Assembly (NCBI RefSeq): GCF_004010195.1 | Contig: NC_057719.1 | Coordinates: 89,247,204 to 89,311,203 of the forward strand | Direction of reading: 5' to 3' | DNA from: Chiloscyllium plagiosum | Lineage: Eukaryota | DNA length: 64,000 bases | Shown: in pieces, positions 14,092 to 27,030 of the stretch | How positions within the stretch are numbered: the stretch's first letter is position 1 | Layout: each line of letters starts with the position of its first letter | Position numbers and translations under genes: made by a program | Notes under the pieces: generated by a model | The model's input: the letters and a program-made list of their open reading frames with translations, nothing else | Database searches by the model: none | Told to the model about the DNA's origin: nothing

Positions 14092-15912
14092 TTGTGCGTG
14101 GAATCTGAGGAGATAGGAGAAGCGCTAAATGAATATTTTTCTTCAGTATTCACACAGGAAAAGGACAATGTTGTTGAGGAGAATACTGAGATACAGGCTG
14201 ATAGACTAGATGGGATTGAGGTTCACAAGAAGGAGGTGTTAGCAATTCTAGAAACTGTAAAAATAGATAAGTCCCCTGGGCTGGATGTGATTTATCCTAG
14301 GATTCTCTGGGAAGCCAGGGAGGAGATTGCTGAGCCTTTGATCTTTATATCGTCATTGCCTACTGAAATAGTGCCAGAAGACTGGAGGATAGCAAATGTG
14401 GTCCCCTTGTTCAAGAAGAGGAGTAGAGACAACCCTGGTAATTACAGACCAGCGAGCCTTACTTCGGTTGGGGGCAAGGTGTTGGAAAAGATTATAAGAG
14501 AGAGGATTTATACACATTCAGAAAGGAATAAGTTGATTAGGGATAGTCAGCACAGTTTTGTGAAAGGTAGATTGTGCCTCACAAACCTTATTAAGTTCTT
14601 TGAGAAGGTGACCAAACAGGTAGATGAGGATAAAGCGGTTGATGTGGTGTATATCGATTTCAGTAAGATCTTTGATAAGGTTCCCCATGGTAAGCTATTG
14701 CAGAAAATATGAAGGCAGGGGATTGAGGGTGATTTAACAGTTTGGATCAGAAATTGGTGAGCTGAATGAAGACAGAGGGTGGTGGTTGATGGGAAATATT
14801 CATCCTGGAGTTCAGATATAGTGGTGTACGGCAAAGATCTGTTTTGGAGCCACTGCTGTTTGTCATTTTTATAAATGACCTGGATGAGGCCATAGAAGGA
14901 TGGGTTTGTAAATTTGCGAATGACACTGGGGCTCGGTAGAGTTGTGGATAGTGACAAAGGATATTGCAGGTTACAGAGGGACATAGATAAGCTACTGGGC
15001 TGGGCTGAGACGTGGCAAATGGAGTTTAATGTGGAAAAGTGTGAGGTGATTCACTTTGGAAAGAGTAATAAGAATGCAGTGTTCTGGGGTAATGGTAAGA
15101 TTCTTGGTAGTGTAGATGAGCAGAGAGATCTCGGTGTCCAGGTACATAGATCCTTGAAAATTGCCACCCAGGTTGATAGGGTTGTTAAAAAGGCATATGG
15201 TGTGTTAGCTTTTATTGGGAGGAGGGATTGAGTTTCAGAGCTATGAGGTCATGTTACAGCTATACAAAACTCTGGTGCGGCTGCACTTGGAGTATTGCAT
15301 GTAGTTCCGGTCATTATGTGAAAGATGTGAAAGCTTTGGAAAGGGTTCAGAGGAGATTTACTCATATGTTGCTTAGTATGGAAGGAAGGTCTTATGAGGG
15401 ACCTGAGGCTGCTTTTGTTAGGGAGAAGAAGGTTGAGAGCTGAAAATGTGTTGCTGGAAAAGCGCAGCAGGTCAGGCAGCATCCAAGGAACAGGAGAATC
15501 GACGTTTCGGGCACAAGCCCTTCTTCAGGAGGTTAGGGAGAAGAAGGTTAAGAGGTGACTTAATTGAGATATATAAGATAATCAGAGCGTTAAATATGTT
15601 TAGCAGTGAAAGCCTTTTTCCTCAGATGGCGAAGGCTAGCACAAGGGGACATAGCTTTAAATTGAGGGGGTGATAGATATAGGACAGATGTCAGAAGTAG
15701 TTTCTTTACTCAGAGAGTAGCAAGGGCATGGAACGCACTGCCTGCAAATAGACTTGCCATCTTTCAGGGCATTTAAATGGTCATTGAATAGGCATATGGA
15801 CGAGAATGGAATAGTGTAGGTTAGATGGGCTCCAGATTGGTTTTGCAGGTCAATGCAACATTGAGGGCTGAAGGGCCTGTACTGCCCTGCAATGTTCGAT
15901 GTTCTATGTTCT
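14092..15912 (+). mobile_element. CR1 LINE ORF2 (RT) plus 3' end, 5'-truncated
   Basis: ORF 14092-14712: KSPGLD, EDWRIANVVPLFKK, NYRPASLTS, DFSKIFDKVPH; ttctatg tail. Confidence 0.92.
15435..15531 (-). mobile_element. Short Penelope-derived hammerhead-bearing insertion, 18-bp TSD
   Basis: gttagggagaagaaggtt at 15417-15434 and 15532-15549; minus strand CTGAAGAagggcttgtgcccGAAAcgtc. Confidence 0.8.
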
Positions 15913-16659
15913 ATCTTCTAATCTAAAGTTCCCATTAAGGTGTCACCAATTAAATCTTCCCCATTGAAATCTTTTGGGGTTAGACACAGAGTAAAGATCC
16001 CTCTACACTGACCCCATCGAACCCTCCCAGGACAGGTACAAAATTAGGCAGCATTGTAGAAAGTACAGATAGTACAATAAAATTACAAAGGGATATTGAT
16101 AGTCTGGGTGAATGTGTAAAACTGTGTCAGATGGACTTCAATGCAAGCAAGTGTGTGGTTGTCAGGTTAGAGTACAAAGAGGGAGTACAAAGGAGGTTTG
16201 CAAGAATGATCATGGACTTTAGGGGTTACAATCTGAGGAGAGATTCTACAAATGAGGCCTGTTTCCTCTAGAATTGGGAAGGTTAAGGGGTGATCTGTTC
16301 AAAGTCTTCAAGATATTAACAGGACGAGACAGATCAAATTCAATGATTCCAACTGGTTGAAGATTCGCGAACGAGCAGGAGCAGAGACTCAGAATTCGGG
16401 CCAAAGCTTTCAGAAAAAATGTTAAGAAGCACTTGTAAGATAAAGGGTGGAAGAGGTTTGGAACCATTTCAAACCCCTTGACTAGATTCCAGTCTGTGAC
16501 TCACTTCTGGGTATCTGTTACTCTGTATACAAACCACCCTGAAGCCTATTTACTGGATTCCAGTCTGTCACTCGCTCCCTCGTATCTGTTATTCGGACTA
16601 TATATACCATAACAAATCCCTCAATGAGATTCTAGTCTGTAACTTCCTCCTGAATATCT

Positions 16660-17660
16660 CGCACAACAATCGCACAATACCGCACAACAATCAACAGACA
16701 GGACTATTCCCTCCCAGTTGGAGAACACTTCAGTGGTCCAGGACATTCGACCTCGGACCTTCGGGTGACCATCCTCCAAGGCAGACTCCGGGACAGGCAG
16801 CAGCAAAAAGTGGCCAACCAGAGGCTGATAGCCAAGTTCAGTACCCATAGGGAGGGCCTCAACCAGGACCTTGGTTTCATGTCACATTACATGTGACCCC
16901 ATTGCACTTTGCACACACACACGGACAGACGCGCGCACGCGCACACACACACACACACACACTCACCTACATACACACACACTCTCCTACAGACCCATAC
17001 GCTCATGCAGACCCTCTCTCATATGCTCTCACATACACACTCCCACACTCTCACATGCACTCTCTCACAGACTTATACCCCTTTACACTCACACACATAC
17101 ACACACTCTCTCACAGACACTCATAACACCTCCCCCCACCCCCCCAAACACACACACACACCCACATGCACACATACACTTATAAGTTTGTGGGGTGAAT
17201 TTGAACTTGCATTTTACTTTGCTCAAAGACTGCATGAATTTATGTAAGATTCTGTAAATCAGTTTTTTAGATTAGAATCAGTCTGACCATTGTGGCACAG
17301 ACAGTCTCACACCAGTCAGTTCACACCTTCAGTGCATTATCTGGGCTGACATGACACCAATTGTTAAAGTACACTTGAGATTGTAACTTTTAAAAAAGTT
17401 TTGCAACTTACATATGTAAGAACTGAAACCAACATGTTCATTCTAAAAGATGAGAGACTTAATAAACAATCTGGCTCTTTTTCAATATATAATTTCAGTT
17501 ACATCACACCGGAAACTTTTACTATACGTTCTGTGTCTTACAATCTTATACTCCACAACCGCATGATGAAGGAGCTTCCAAATAAATCTATTGGACTATA
17601 AACTGGTGTTCTGTGATTTTTAACTTTCTACACCACAGTCCAACACTGGCACCTCCAAAT
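16660..17660 (+). mobile_element. Penelope-like element 3' end: GIY-YIG C-terminus, CA-rich tract, pseudo-LTR
   Basis: 16681-16896 reads RTTINRQDYSLPVGEHFSGPGHSTSDLRVTILQG...LIAKFSTHREGLNQDLGFMSHYM*; pLTR homologous to 32900-33295. Confidence 0.8.
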
Positions 17661-17738
17661 CCTGAATATCTGTTATTTTATATATAGACCACCATGAAAC
17701 CCTTGATCAGATTCCAGTCTGTAACACCCTTCTGAGTA

Positions 17739-17911
17739 CAGAAGAACCTTGACTATCTATCCTTCAATTAACTGAATTTCCTATCATCCAAACAAGATCG
17801 CAAGGTCCAGATGCGTGGCTAAACTATGTTATCTGGCATCAGTTATCTGGCATTGGATTAACCGAACGAAATACTCCTGCCCGTGTCCTTCAGATAATCG
17901 AGGTTCCTCTG
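17739..17911. mobile_element. Tc1/mariner-pogo (Tigger-like) MITE
   Basis: TIRs cagaagaaccttgactatct / agataatcgaggttcctctg, with flanking TA at 17737-17738 and 17912-17913. Confidence 0.8.
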
Positions 17912-18474
17912 TATGTGTAATTCTATATATAAAACTACTTGGAACCTCTCGATTAGATTCCAGTCTCTAGCTCAGTCCAGGTATCAATTGTTTTATGTAT
18001 ACATAGACGCACCTAAACCCTCGATTAAATTCCAGTCTGTAATTCCCTCCTGTATATCCGTTATTCTATATATAAACCACCTGTAACTCATTCTTGGTAT
18101 CTTTTGTTCTGCACATCAATAACCCCGATCCCTCCATTAGATTCCAGTCTGTAATTCACACTGAGGTATCTTTTGTTCTGTATATAAACAATATCAAACC
18201 CCTCGATTAGATACCAGTCTGTAACTCACTCTCAGGTGTCCTTTGTTCTGTATGTAATCCACATCAAAACCCTCGATTAGATTCCAGCCTGTAACTCACA
18301 CCCAGGTATCTGTTATTCTATATACAAATCACCCTGAACTCCTCAGTGAGATTCCAGTTTGGAACTCACTCCCAGGTATCTGTTATTCTGGATGTAAACC
18401 ACCCCAAACCCCTCGAATAAATTCCATTCTGTAAGTCCCTCCTGGGTGTATGTTCTATATACAAACCACCTGCT

Positions 18475-19215
18475 ATCAGAAGGATGCTGTAAAACCTGAA
18501 AGTGTTTCACACCGAGAAGATTTGCAGGAAACTTGCCGGGGTTGGAGGGTTTGAGATATGGGGAGAGGCTGAAGGGTCTGGGGTTGTTTTCCCTAGAGTG
18601 TCAGAGGCTGAAATAAGACCTTGTAAAGATTTATACACCTCTATAAAGTTGCCTCACGAAAGAAAAATGTCCTAGCTTGTCCAACCTCTCTCTTTTTACT
18701 CAGACCATTGAGTTCAGGCAACATCTTTATAAATTTCTTATGTATTCTTTCCAGTTTAATAACATCCTTCCTATACCAAGGTGACCAAAATTGAACACAC
18801 TACTCAAAGTGCGGCCTCACCAATGTCCTGTATAACTGCAACATATCTTCCCAACTTCTGTACTCAATGCCCTGAACTGTGGAGCTGAACTCCAGGATCT
18901 CTCTGCAAAACTACATTCCTTAAGGCCCAACCAATCACCATGGAAATCCTATCTGATTTGACTTTCCAGAAGGCAAGACCTCACACTTATCTATATTAAA
19001 CGCTATTTGCCATTCCTTGGCCCAGTTCCCCAGCTGATCAAGATCCTGCCGCAATTTCTGACAATCTTCCTCACTATCCACGATATCGCCTATTTTAATG
19101 TCATCAGCAAACTTACTAATCATGCCTTGTACATTCTCATCCAAATCATCGTTATAGAGAACAAACAGTAATAGGCCCAGCACTGACTCCTGAGGCACTC
19201 TACTTGTCACAGGCC
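18475..19215. mobile_element. Two CR1 fragments in opposite orientation (+ 18475-18640, - 18645-19215)
   Basis: ORF 18935-19243(-): VPQESVLG...SKFADDIKIG. Confidence 0.75.
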
Positions 19216-19339
19216 TGTGGGTGATACACTGAAGCTTTGACACATATAGTTCTCAGGGTAACAGTCTCTGGGAAATGAGTAGCCACATCCATGATGACAT
19301 GATTGTACTGATAGCCCCCATTTGCTTTAGGGGGTCCCA

Positions 19340-21800
19340 TTTTCATTTGATTTATTATTGTTACATGTACCTAGGTACAGTGAAAGGTTTTGTTTCCTGT
19401 GCAATACAGGCTGATCATACTTTATTAAGTGCATTAGAACAGCGCAAAGCATACAACGTTACGGCTGTAGAGAAAGTGCACAAAGAATGAGATCAATGTA
19501 AAGTTTAAAATGTGAGGGGTCCTTTCAGAAGGCTAGTAACAGGGAGGAAGAGGCTGTTCATGTTGTATCTGTTAATATGTGTGTTTAAGCATTTGTATCT
19601 TCTGCTCAATGGAAGCGGTTGAAAGAGGTTATAACCAGGGTGGGATAAATCTTTGATTACGTTAGCTGCCTTCCTGGGACAGCGAGAAATATAGATAGAA
19701 TCAATGGATGGAAGGTTGGCTTGCATGATGTTATGTTGGCTGTGTCCACAACTTTCTGAAATTTCCTACGGTCCTGGGCAGAGAAGTTGCTATACCAAGC
19801 TGTGCTGCATCTGGATAGGATGCTTTCTATGGTGCATATATAAAACTTGGTAAAAGTCTTCATGGACATGCCGAATTTCCTTAGCCTCCTGAGGAAGTAG
19901 AGGTATTTTGCGCTTTCTTGAACATTGTATCAACCTCGGTGGAGGACAGATTGTTGTTGATCATCACTCGTAGGAACTTGATACTGTTAACCATCTCCAT
20001 CTCAGCACCATTAATGTAGACAAGGGGTGTGCCCTCCACCTTGCTTCCTGAAGTTAATGACCAGCTGTTTTGTTTTGCTGACATTGAGGGAGAATTGTTA
20101 TCTTTACACTATTCCACCAAGCACTGTATCTGTTTTCTGTATTCTATCTTGTCATCATTTGAGATCTGACTGAAAATGGTGGTCTCATCAGCGAACTTGT
20201 AGATAGAGATAGGACAAAGTTTGGCCAGACAGTCATGAGTGTACACGTAAGGAGCTGAGTATACAGCCTTGCAGGATGTCAGTGTTGAGGATGATCATGG
20301 TGGAGGTGTTGTTGCCTGTTCTCACTGATTGAGGTTTGTAGGACAGGAAGTTGAGGATTCAGTTGCAGGGGGTGGAACAGAGACTTTGGTCATGGAGTTT
20401 GGAGATTAGTTTGTTGGAATTATGGTGTTGAAGACAGAGCTGTAGTCCATAAATAGGAGGCTGATGTATGTATTCTTATTAACCAGATATTCCAGGGATG
20501 AATGTAAGGCCAGGAAGATGCACCTGTTATGAATCTGCTGAAATGATAGGCTAATTGCAATGGATCAAGGCAGGCTGGGAGGCTCGTGTTCATGCGAGCC
20601 ATGACTAACCACTTGAAGTACTTTATAATTATGGATGTCTGCACCACCAGGCGGTAGTCATTGAGGCATATTGTGTGAGTTTTCTTGGCACTGGGATGAT
20701 GGTGGTCTTCTTGAAGCAGGTAAGTACTTCAGATCAAAATAAGGAGAGGCTGTCAGGGGAGGTGACATTGTTTCGCTGAACTTTTGTTCAAAGTGAACAT
20801 AGAATACATTAAGCACATCAGAGAGTGATATACTCTTGTCCAATATTCTGCATTTTCTATGCTGAGAGAGTCCCTACAATATGGAAACAAGCCATTCGGT
20901 CCCATTAATCCAGACTGACACTCTGAAGAACAGCCCACGCTAACCCTATCTCTGTAACCCTGCATTTTTCATGTCTAACTCACCTAACCAACTCATCCCC
21001 ATTGTCACATCTTTGGACTGTGGGAAGAAACCGGAATACTCAAAGGGAACCCACACAGACAGGGGAAGAATGTGCAAACTCCACACAGACACTCATGGAG
21101 TCTGTGTGGAGTCAAACTTGGATCACGGCCACTGAGAGACTGCAGTGCTAAACTACTGAACCAGCGTCCCATGTAAGCCTTGCAACAAAGGCCAATGTCC
21201 AGGTAGTTAGTTTGGGTCTCTAACTTAGTTCAGCCTCATAGCCTTACAGCGGTTATATCTGGATTTCCTGTAAAGGTCAGGGTCGCCTGACCTGAATGCT
21301 ACACACCTGGACTTCAGTAGGCAATGGATCTCCCAGTTCAACCATTGTTTCCGGGAGGGGAACATTCAGATTAAAGTCTTTGATACACAGTCTTCTGCTT
21401 ACTAATGGAATCTGTAATGGTAGTGGAAACCGTATTTATGTTGGCTGTCAAGTATTTGAATACAGAGCAATCCACCAATTCCAAGAAGTCCTGTAGAAGA
21501 TCTTCAACCGCCTCAAACCAGCACTTTCTGTACGGGTCTTCACATTTCAATTTCTGCTTGGAGGAGGGACCCAGCATTGTCCTCTGAATTTCCAAAGTGC
21601 GGATGTGGTACAGAGCGGTAGTTATCTTTGATGATGATATAACAATGGTTAAGGATGTTTGGATCTCTGCTGGTCCACTAACAACTTCTGAATTCTTCTC
21701 CAAAACCCAGCAACAATAAGTGCAGATCTTACTGCAGTTTGGTGTTTTCTCACAACTTAGCAGCTGCTGAATCCCCAGAGAAAATGCTGGCTGATGCAGG
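19340..21800 (-). mobile_element. Rex1/Babar-like LINE, degraded, split by HE1
   Basis: [41 protein letters not shown] motifs across frames. Confidence 0.75.
20865..21170 (-). mobile_element. HE1 SINE (diverged)
   Basis: Same consensus blocks as 2290-2620. Confidence 0.8.
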
Positions 21801-21899
21801 CTTGTGTTTTGCATATACGAATGTGGGTATACCTGTAGCTCATGAAGAAGGCAACTCACACACACTTTCTCAAGGGCAGTTAGGAACGGGAATAAATAC

Positions 21900-22500
21900 T
21901 GTAACGTCCATGTCCCAAAAGTGAACATAAAAAAAGTTCAGCATTCATAATTTCATAATTTCGTGAGCCAGCCAAATGGTCACAAGGTATCTCAGGAGTG
22001 CCTTCACCTGGTGGATCACTGTTTATTCCCCATTGGTGTGTCTGTGAGGACATCTCCATTTCATTATTATGATTCATTATTGACATAGTAGCATTTAGGA
22101 ACAGTTTGTGCCTCCCTTTCAATGCAAGTCATACCCCAAACAGTACTACCCTTGTGCTGTATTTCCTCTCCCCTGGACAGCTGAGCCATCCTTGGCTACA
22201 GGAATTGGGCTCTTTCTACCCTTCTCCAAGGATCCATTACCTTTCACTGATATCCAGAATGAAAAGCTAGTTAGTGAGTGGGACCTCAGTGCTCTCTGCC
22301 TGCTTGTCCCTAACCCACATCTCACTGAACAGGGTATCTATGTAGTCCTCTGTCTGATGGATACATCTCAGTGACTTTGGCCAGTGTTTGAGCTCCAAAA
22401 CCCAGAGTTCTTGGTTGTGCAGCCAGTGACATTTCCCTCAATGTAAAGAACAGTGCCACATGGTGGACATGCTTCATAGTTCAATTATCCTATCATGTCT
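21900..22500 (-). mobile_element. Old CR1 ORF1 remnant (leucine zipper/esterase region)
   Basis: Minus strand LWVLELKHWPKSLRCIHQTEDYIDTLFSE resembles the CR1 ORF1 zipper. Confidence 0.45.
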
Positions 22501-25000
22501 TAACTTTAAACTTTCAAATCACTTTACCTACTTTAACTTCATCTTACTTTTATCTTTCTATTAACTATAAATTAGTGTTGAGACCATCACTGCTTTTCTT
22601 CATTCTTCTCATTTTTGGTTTGGAACTCTGTGCTGAAGTTGAAAACCAAACCTTGAACTTAGAGCAACAACTTGTTTTGGAAATGCAGAGAGAGCAAATA
22701 AACTAATGTTTATTTTTGGGAACTGGCCTGGGAAAATAATTGCAGATTAATTACTGTTCTTATAACACTGCAGGCATGTCAGCAATAGAATGTGTTGTAC
22801 TCATGGACTGGCAGCTGATTGGATGTTGCATTGGTCAATCAGAGGGAGGCCAGTGCTGGCCAGCCAATCACAGAGAATGTTGAAAAAGAATGATAAACTA
22901 TAGACTGAACTGGTTTTGACTCGGATTTTGATCAGAAGTCTGTGTGCTCTGAAGCCTCTGGGCTGGGAAGCTGTATTTGAGTTTTACTCTCTAGATTTAA
23001 AAAAAAAATTTGTTTAATGATTATTACGTATTCTGAGAAAAGTAGCCAAGTTTCTAAAAAGTGAATATCCCTTGTAGCCTGATGAAAGCTGTTGACATGT
23101 TGGAATGTTGGTTTGGCCACTTCTCTGTGCTGTGAAGCTGCTGACCCTCTCAGGTCTGACCTTCAGTGCTCCACAAATCAGTATCAAGTTCCTGGTTGCT
23201 GTCCGATTTTACCAAGTGTGCTCAGCCATCAGTTTGTGACACCCGGCAGCACTCTAATTGGGTACCAAACTTGCCAGTTGTCCATTTACGGCAACCTCAA
23301 CAGAATTAAAATATCTCAGCAAGGCAGGTGCAACCCATGCTTGAGACCCAAATATGAACTAGGCATCAGGTACCCATCTCTGTATTAGAAATTGCCCCCA
23401 TACTCTGCTATTCTCCACTGTGGTTATTTCCCCAGTCTCTCATCCCTGTAATCAGCAGTTCCCCTGTGTGTCTCAGCATTCTGTGTGTTTTGCTCCCATT
23501 GTTCCCACAGTGTGTCCTGTTACTGTACCCATTGTGAATCATTTGACTGCCACAACATACCAGTACAGTGAAATCTAATGCAGTTTTCTATGTGAAATCA
23601 CAACAATATTAAATCATTGCTCAGGACATAAATGGTTCCTGTTATATTCTCACCGTCCATTCTCTTCCACTTCACATACCAGTTTAAATGATTTTAAGGC
23701 ACACCAAGACATCAATTTTTACACCATGTTTTTAGCTGAGAACCTTTGGATCACATTTGAAATCCCAACTTTGTCTTAAAAATCTGGGCTTTGAAACAAG
23801 AGTATGATATTTTAATCAGGTGACGCAAATGAAAATGAATGAGGCTGAACCTAATCCTTCTTCATCTTCATTAGATCTTCCTGTCAACTGAGATTCACTG
23901 CTGTTTTCTGTTTGACTTGTGTTCACCTTGTTCTTTGTATGCAGCTAAAATCCCTCATCTCTGGAACCATTCTGTTTAATTTCCTGTACATCCTTGAAGA
24001 ACCCTCCTTTCTGAAGTATGTTGACCAGAGTTAGATGCAATTCTGTAGTAGTGGGCCTAACCAGGGCTCCATAAAGGTTTACTGCTACTTTTTTTGTTTT
24101 TGTACTTAAAGCTGTACTTATGAAGCCTAAGATCCCATATCCTTCCGTAATCACTCTCTCAATATCCTTTTAACCTCTAGTTTTTCTTTTCTTGCAAAGT
24201 CTTTAGAACGTGCCATCAAGTCTCTAATTTCTTTCTTTCCTTCTCCAAAATGCAACACCTCACATTTCTCTGTCCTGAATTCTATCTGTCCCATTCATTA
24301 TTTGCCCATTTTGCGAGCCATCTATATCCTATTACAATTCACATCCTCGTTGTCTGCCTTACTTTTAAGTTTAGCATCTTTGGAAATGTTTTCAATATTG
24401 CTTTATACTCCAGTATCCAAGTCTAATATATACTAAAATCAATGACCCTGGAAATGAACCTTGCACAAGACAACTGCCTACAGTGTGAAGATCAAATATT
24501 TAAAACATCTGTCTGTTCATGTCCTTACAACCATTTTTTAAATCTAAGGCAACCATTGTTTCTCTTATGCCATGATCCTCAATTTTGATAACTAACATGA
24601 GTAAAACTTCAATAACATTCAAGTAAGCTCGACACCATGCAGGTCAAAGCAGTTCATTTGATTGGCACCCTTATTCATCACCTTCAATATTCACACCTTC
24701 CATCATCAACATATAATGTTCAGCTCTAGAATATACAGGATTTATGGTCCTGTTCCACAACTACCTGATGAAAGAGCAGCACTCTGAAAGCTAGTGCTTC
24801 CAAATAAACCTGTTGGACTATAACCTGGGGTGTTGTGTGATTGTTAACATTGTCCACCCCAGTCCAACACCAGCTCCTCCATATCATGACTTAAGACCAT
24901 AAGACTTAGGAGCAGAAGCAGGCTATTCATCCCATCAAGTTGGTTCCACCATTCAATGAGATCAAGGTTGAGGATCTGATAATCCTTACTCCACATATCT
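22325..25000 (-). repeat. Right arm of inverted segmental duplication
   Basis: Matches the left arm but lacks the CR1 (8037-9175), the HE1 (10945-11216) and ~10010-10330; carries its own Penelope-type insert at ~24735-24885. Confidence 0.9.
24735..24885 (+). mobile_element. Penelope pLTR fragment with hammerhead core
   Basis: cCTGATGAaagagcagcactctGAAAgc, then aataaacctgttggactataacctgg shared with 17580-17660 and 32900-32980. Confidence 0.7.
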
Positions 25001-25664
25001 GCCTTTTCCAGGGAGAGAACAAGACAGACATTATAAGAAATCCTGGGGAGGGGTTGGTGAGGGTGGAATTGACAGAAGGACTAACACAGGAAGAGAGAGA
25101 ACTCACACGGAGAGGCAGACAAAAGGACAGGCACAGGATGGGAGGGAGAGAACAAGTCAGGGAGAGTGACAAAAATGGACAGATTTGGAGTGAATTCCGA
25201 AGGAGAAAAGACAGCCAGAGAGGGAGCAGGAAGGAAAGGGAGAGAAAGAGACCAATCAAGGGAGATAATGGGTAAAGAGCAGTCACAGAGATCAATAGAG
25301 ATTCAGAGGGCGAATGATGGCGGGGTGGGAAGATAATGTGTGAGAGAGAGTGAAAGTGATGGTGTACGCAGATATAATGATCCTCAGCCAGGAATAGCAA
25401 GATCCCACAGGGCAGAGGGAGAGGTGTGTGGAGGGATGTGAGCATGGAAGTTGGAGATTGGACAGATTGAACGATTAATGAGAAAGATTGAAGAGGCAGA
25501 GAGTGGTACAAAAGGAATCTACAGGGGAAGATGAACAAAAATGAGACATGAAGAATGGGAGAAATGTGGATTGAAGCAGGGATGTGGGAGAGAAAGCTGG
25601 GAACATAGAAGTATGGAACCCTGACTAATGGTTCATTAGTTGCTTAGTAAGTGTGTTAGTAGTT

Positions 25665-26525
25665 TAAGGGCTACCATAATGCCAAGGGGTCTGAGTAGTC
25701 TGGAAGCCATTTCTGATATGTCTTTGATGTAAGGTAATGTGGCTATAGTTTTCGGTTGCATTGTGTCTGCTTGTTTGGGTTTGTGTCTGAGGAAGCGGCG
25801 GATTTATTGGGTATCCATTTTTCTGGAAAATGTATAGATATTTTTCTTCTGCTTTTTGTAGTTCTTGACTGCTGCAGAGTGATGTAGCTCGTTGAAATAT
25901 CTCTTGATGCAGCTCCATTTGTGGGTGTTGGGAAGATTGCTTCTGAGGCTAAGTATTTGGTCTGTGTTTGTTGTTCTTCTGTAGACACTGGTTTGAAGCT
26001 CTCTGTTAACTGTACGTTCAACTGTCACGTCTAGGAATGGGAGTCTGTTGTTGTTCTCCTCCTCTTTTGTGAATTTTATGCCTGTCAGGATATTGTTGAT
26101 GGTGTTGTATGTTTCCTCTAATTTGTTCTGCTTTGTATGACAAAGGTGTCATCTTCGTAGCGGACCCAATGTTTGGGTTGGAGAAATGGGAGGGCAGCTT
26201 GTTCAAGTCTCTGCATTACTGCTTCTGCTATGAGCCCTGCTATTGGTGATCTCATAGGTGTTCCCTTGACTTGTTTGTATGTTTTGTTATAGAATGTGAA
26301 GTGGATGGTGAGGTCCACTAGTCTGATGTTGTCCACTAGAGGATGTTGTCTTTGCTGATGAAGTTGGTGCTGTCTGGTGTTTGTGCTCCTGGTTTTCCAG
26401 GTAGTGATGTCACTGTTTCTTTGGCCAGGCCAATGTTAATTGATGTGAAAAGGGCCGTAACGTCAAAGGAGACCAGTGTTTCGTCCTCTTCGATTTTGGT
26501 GTCTTTGATGGTGTTCAGGAATTCT
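25665..26525 (-). mobile_element. Penelope-like RT fragment
   Basis: GTPMRSPIAG, WVRYEDDTFVI, EEENNNRLPFLDV, TSVYRR.TNTDQ motifs. Confidence 0.85.
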
Positions 26526-26629
26526 TATTACATTGCATTGACTATAAACATGCAAACATGCACAACTACATTCTGTTTCAGTCTGTTGTACTCCGACCGC
26601 CGAACGCTTCCATTTCTCAATCAAGCCTC

Positions 26630-27030
26630 GACAATGCATTAGCAATCAGATTGTCTCATTCTGCCACATGCACAATTTTTAAATTGAATGGCTGTAACAA
26701 CAAGCTCCATCTAAACAGTCTGGCATTTTTGTCCTTTAATTTCTCTACAAACTTCAATGGGTTATGGTCAGTGTACATGATTGTCTCAGATTCATTACTG
26801 GTAACATAAACATTGAAACATTGTAACACCAACACCAAACTTAAAGTCTCCTTCTCAATGTGTCGAATATTCCTTCTGATGACTGTTCAGATTCCTGGAG
26901 AAATACCTGATAGGTCTTTCTATCTTCTCAGCGTCTCCCTGCAAGAGCACAGCACTGGCACCCATCCATAGCCACCTTGAATGGCTTTGTATAAATAGGT
27001 TTGGCTAACACTGAGGCAGTGGTTAACACT
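26630..27030 (-). mobile_element. Gypsy RNase H fragment (same family as 12300-12970)
   Basis: ORF 26656-26838: YTDHNPLKFVEKLKDKNARLFRWSLLLQPF. Confidence 0.85.

Larger units (their letters stand above)
16470..18470 (+). repeat. 70-bp minisatellite (gattagattccagtctgtaactcactc...), split by a Penelope element and a MITE
   Basis: Unit starts recur at 18131, 18201, 18271, 18341 and 18411; further units at 16470-16660; inverted copies at 28060-28420. Confidence 0.85.

Noticed and set aside
17660..18470. CRISPR-like regularly spaced repeats
   Set aside because: Whole 70-bp units are homologous (no unique spacers), the context is vertebrate, and there are no cas genes.
21371..21928. 185-aa ORF as a host gene
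   Set aside because: Overlaps degraded Rex-like endonuclease sequence in mixed frames.
23092..23388. Duplicated Cys-rich ORF (also 11029-11457) as a protein gene
   Set aside because: Non-ATG start, no recognisable family, and the copies diverge at a SINE; identity is explained by the DNA duplication.
23506..23545. CACAGTG as a V(D)J recombination signal
   Set aside because: No ACAAAAACC-like nonamer at 12 or 23 bp and no Ig/TCR segment nearby.
24927..25538. 203-aa Leu/Ser-rich ORF
   Set aside because: Antisense of GA-rich low-complexity DNA.
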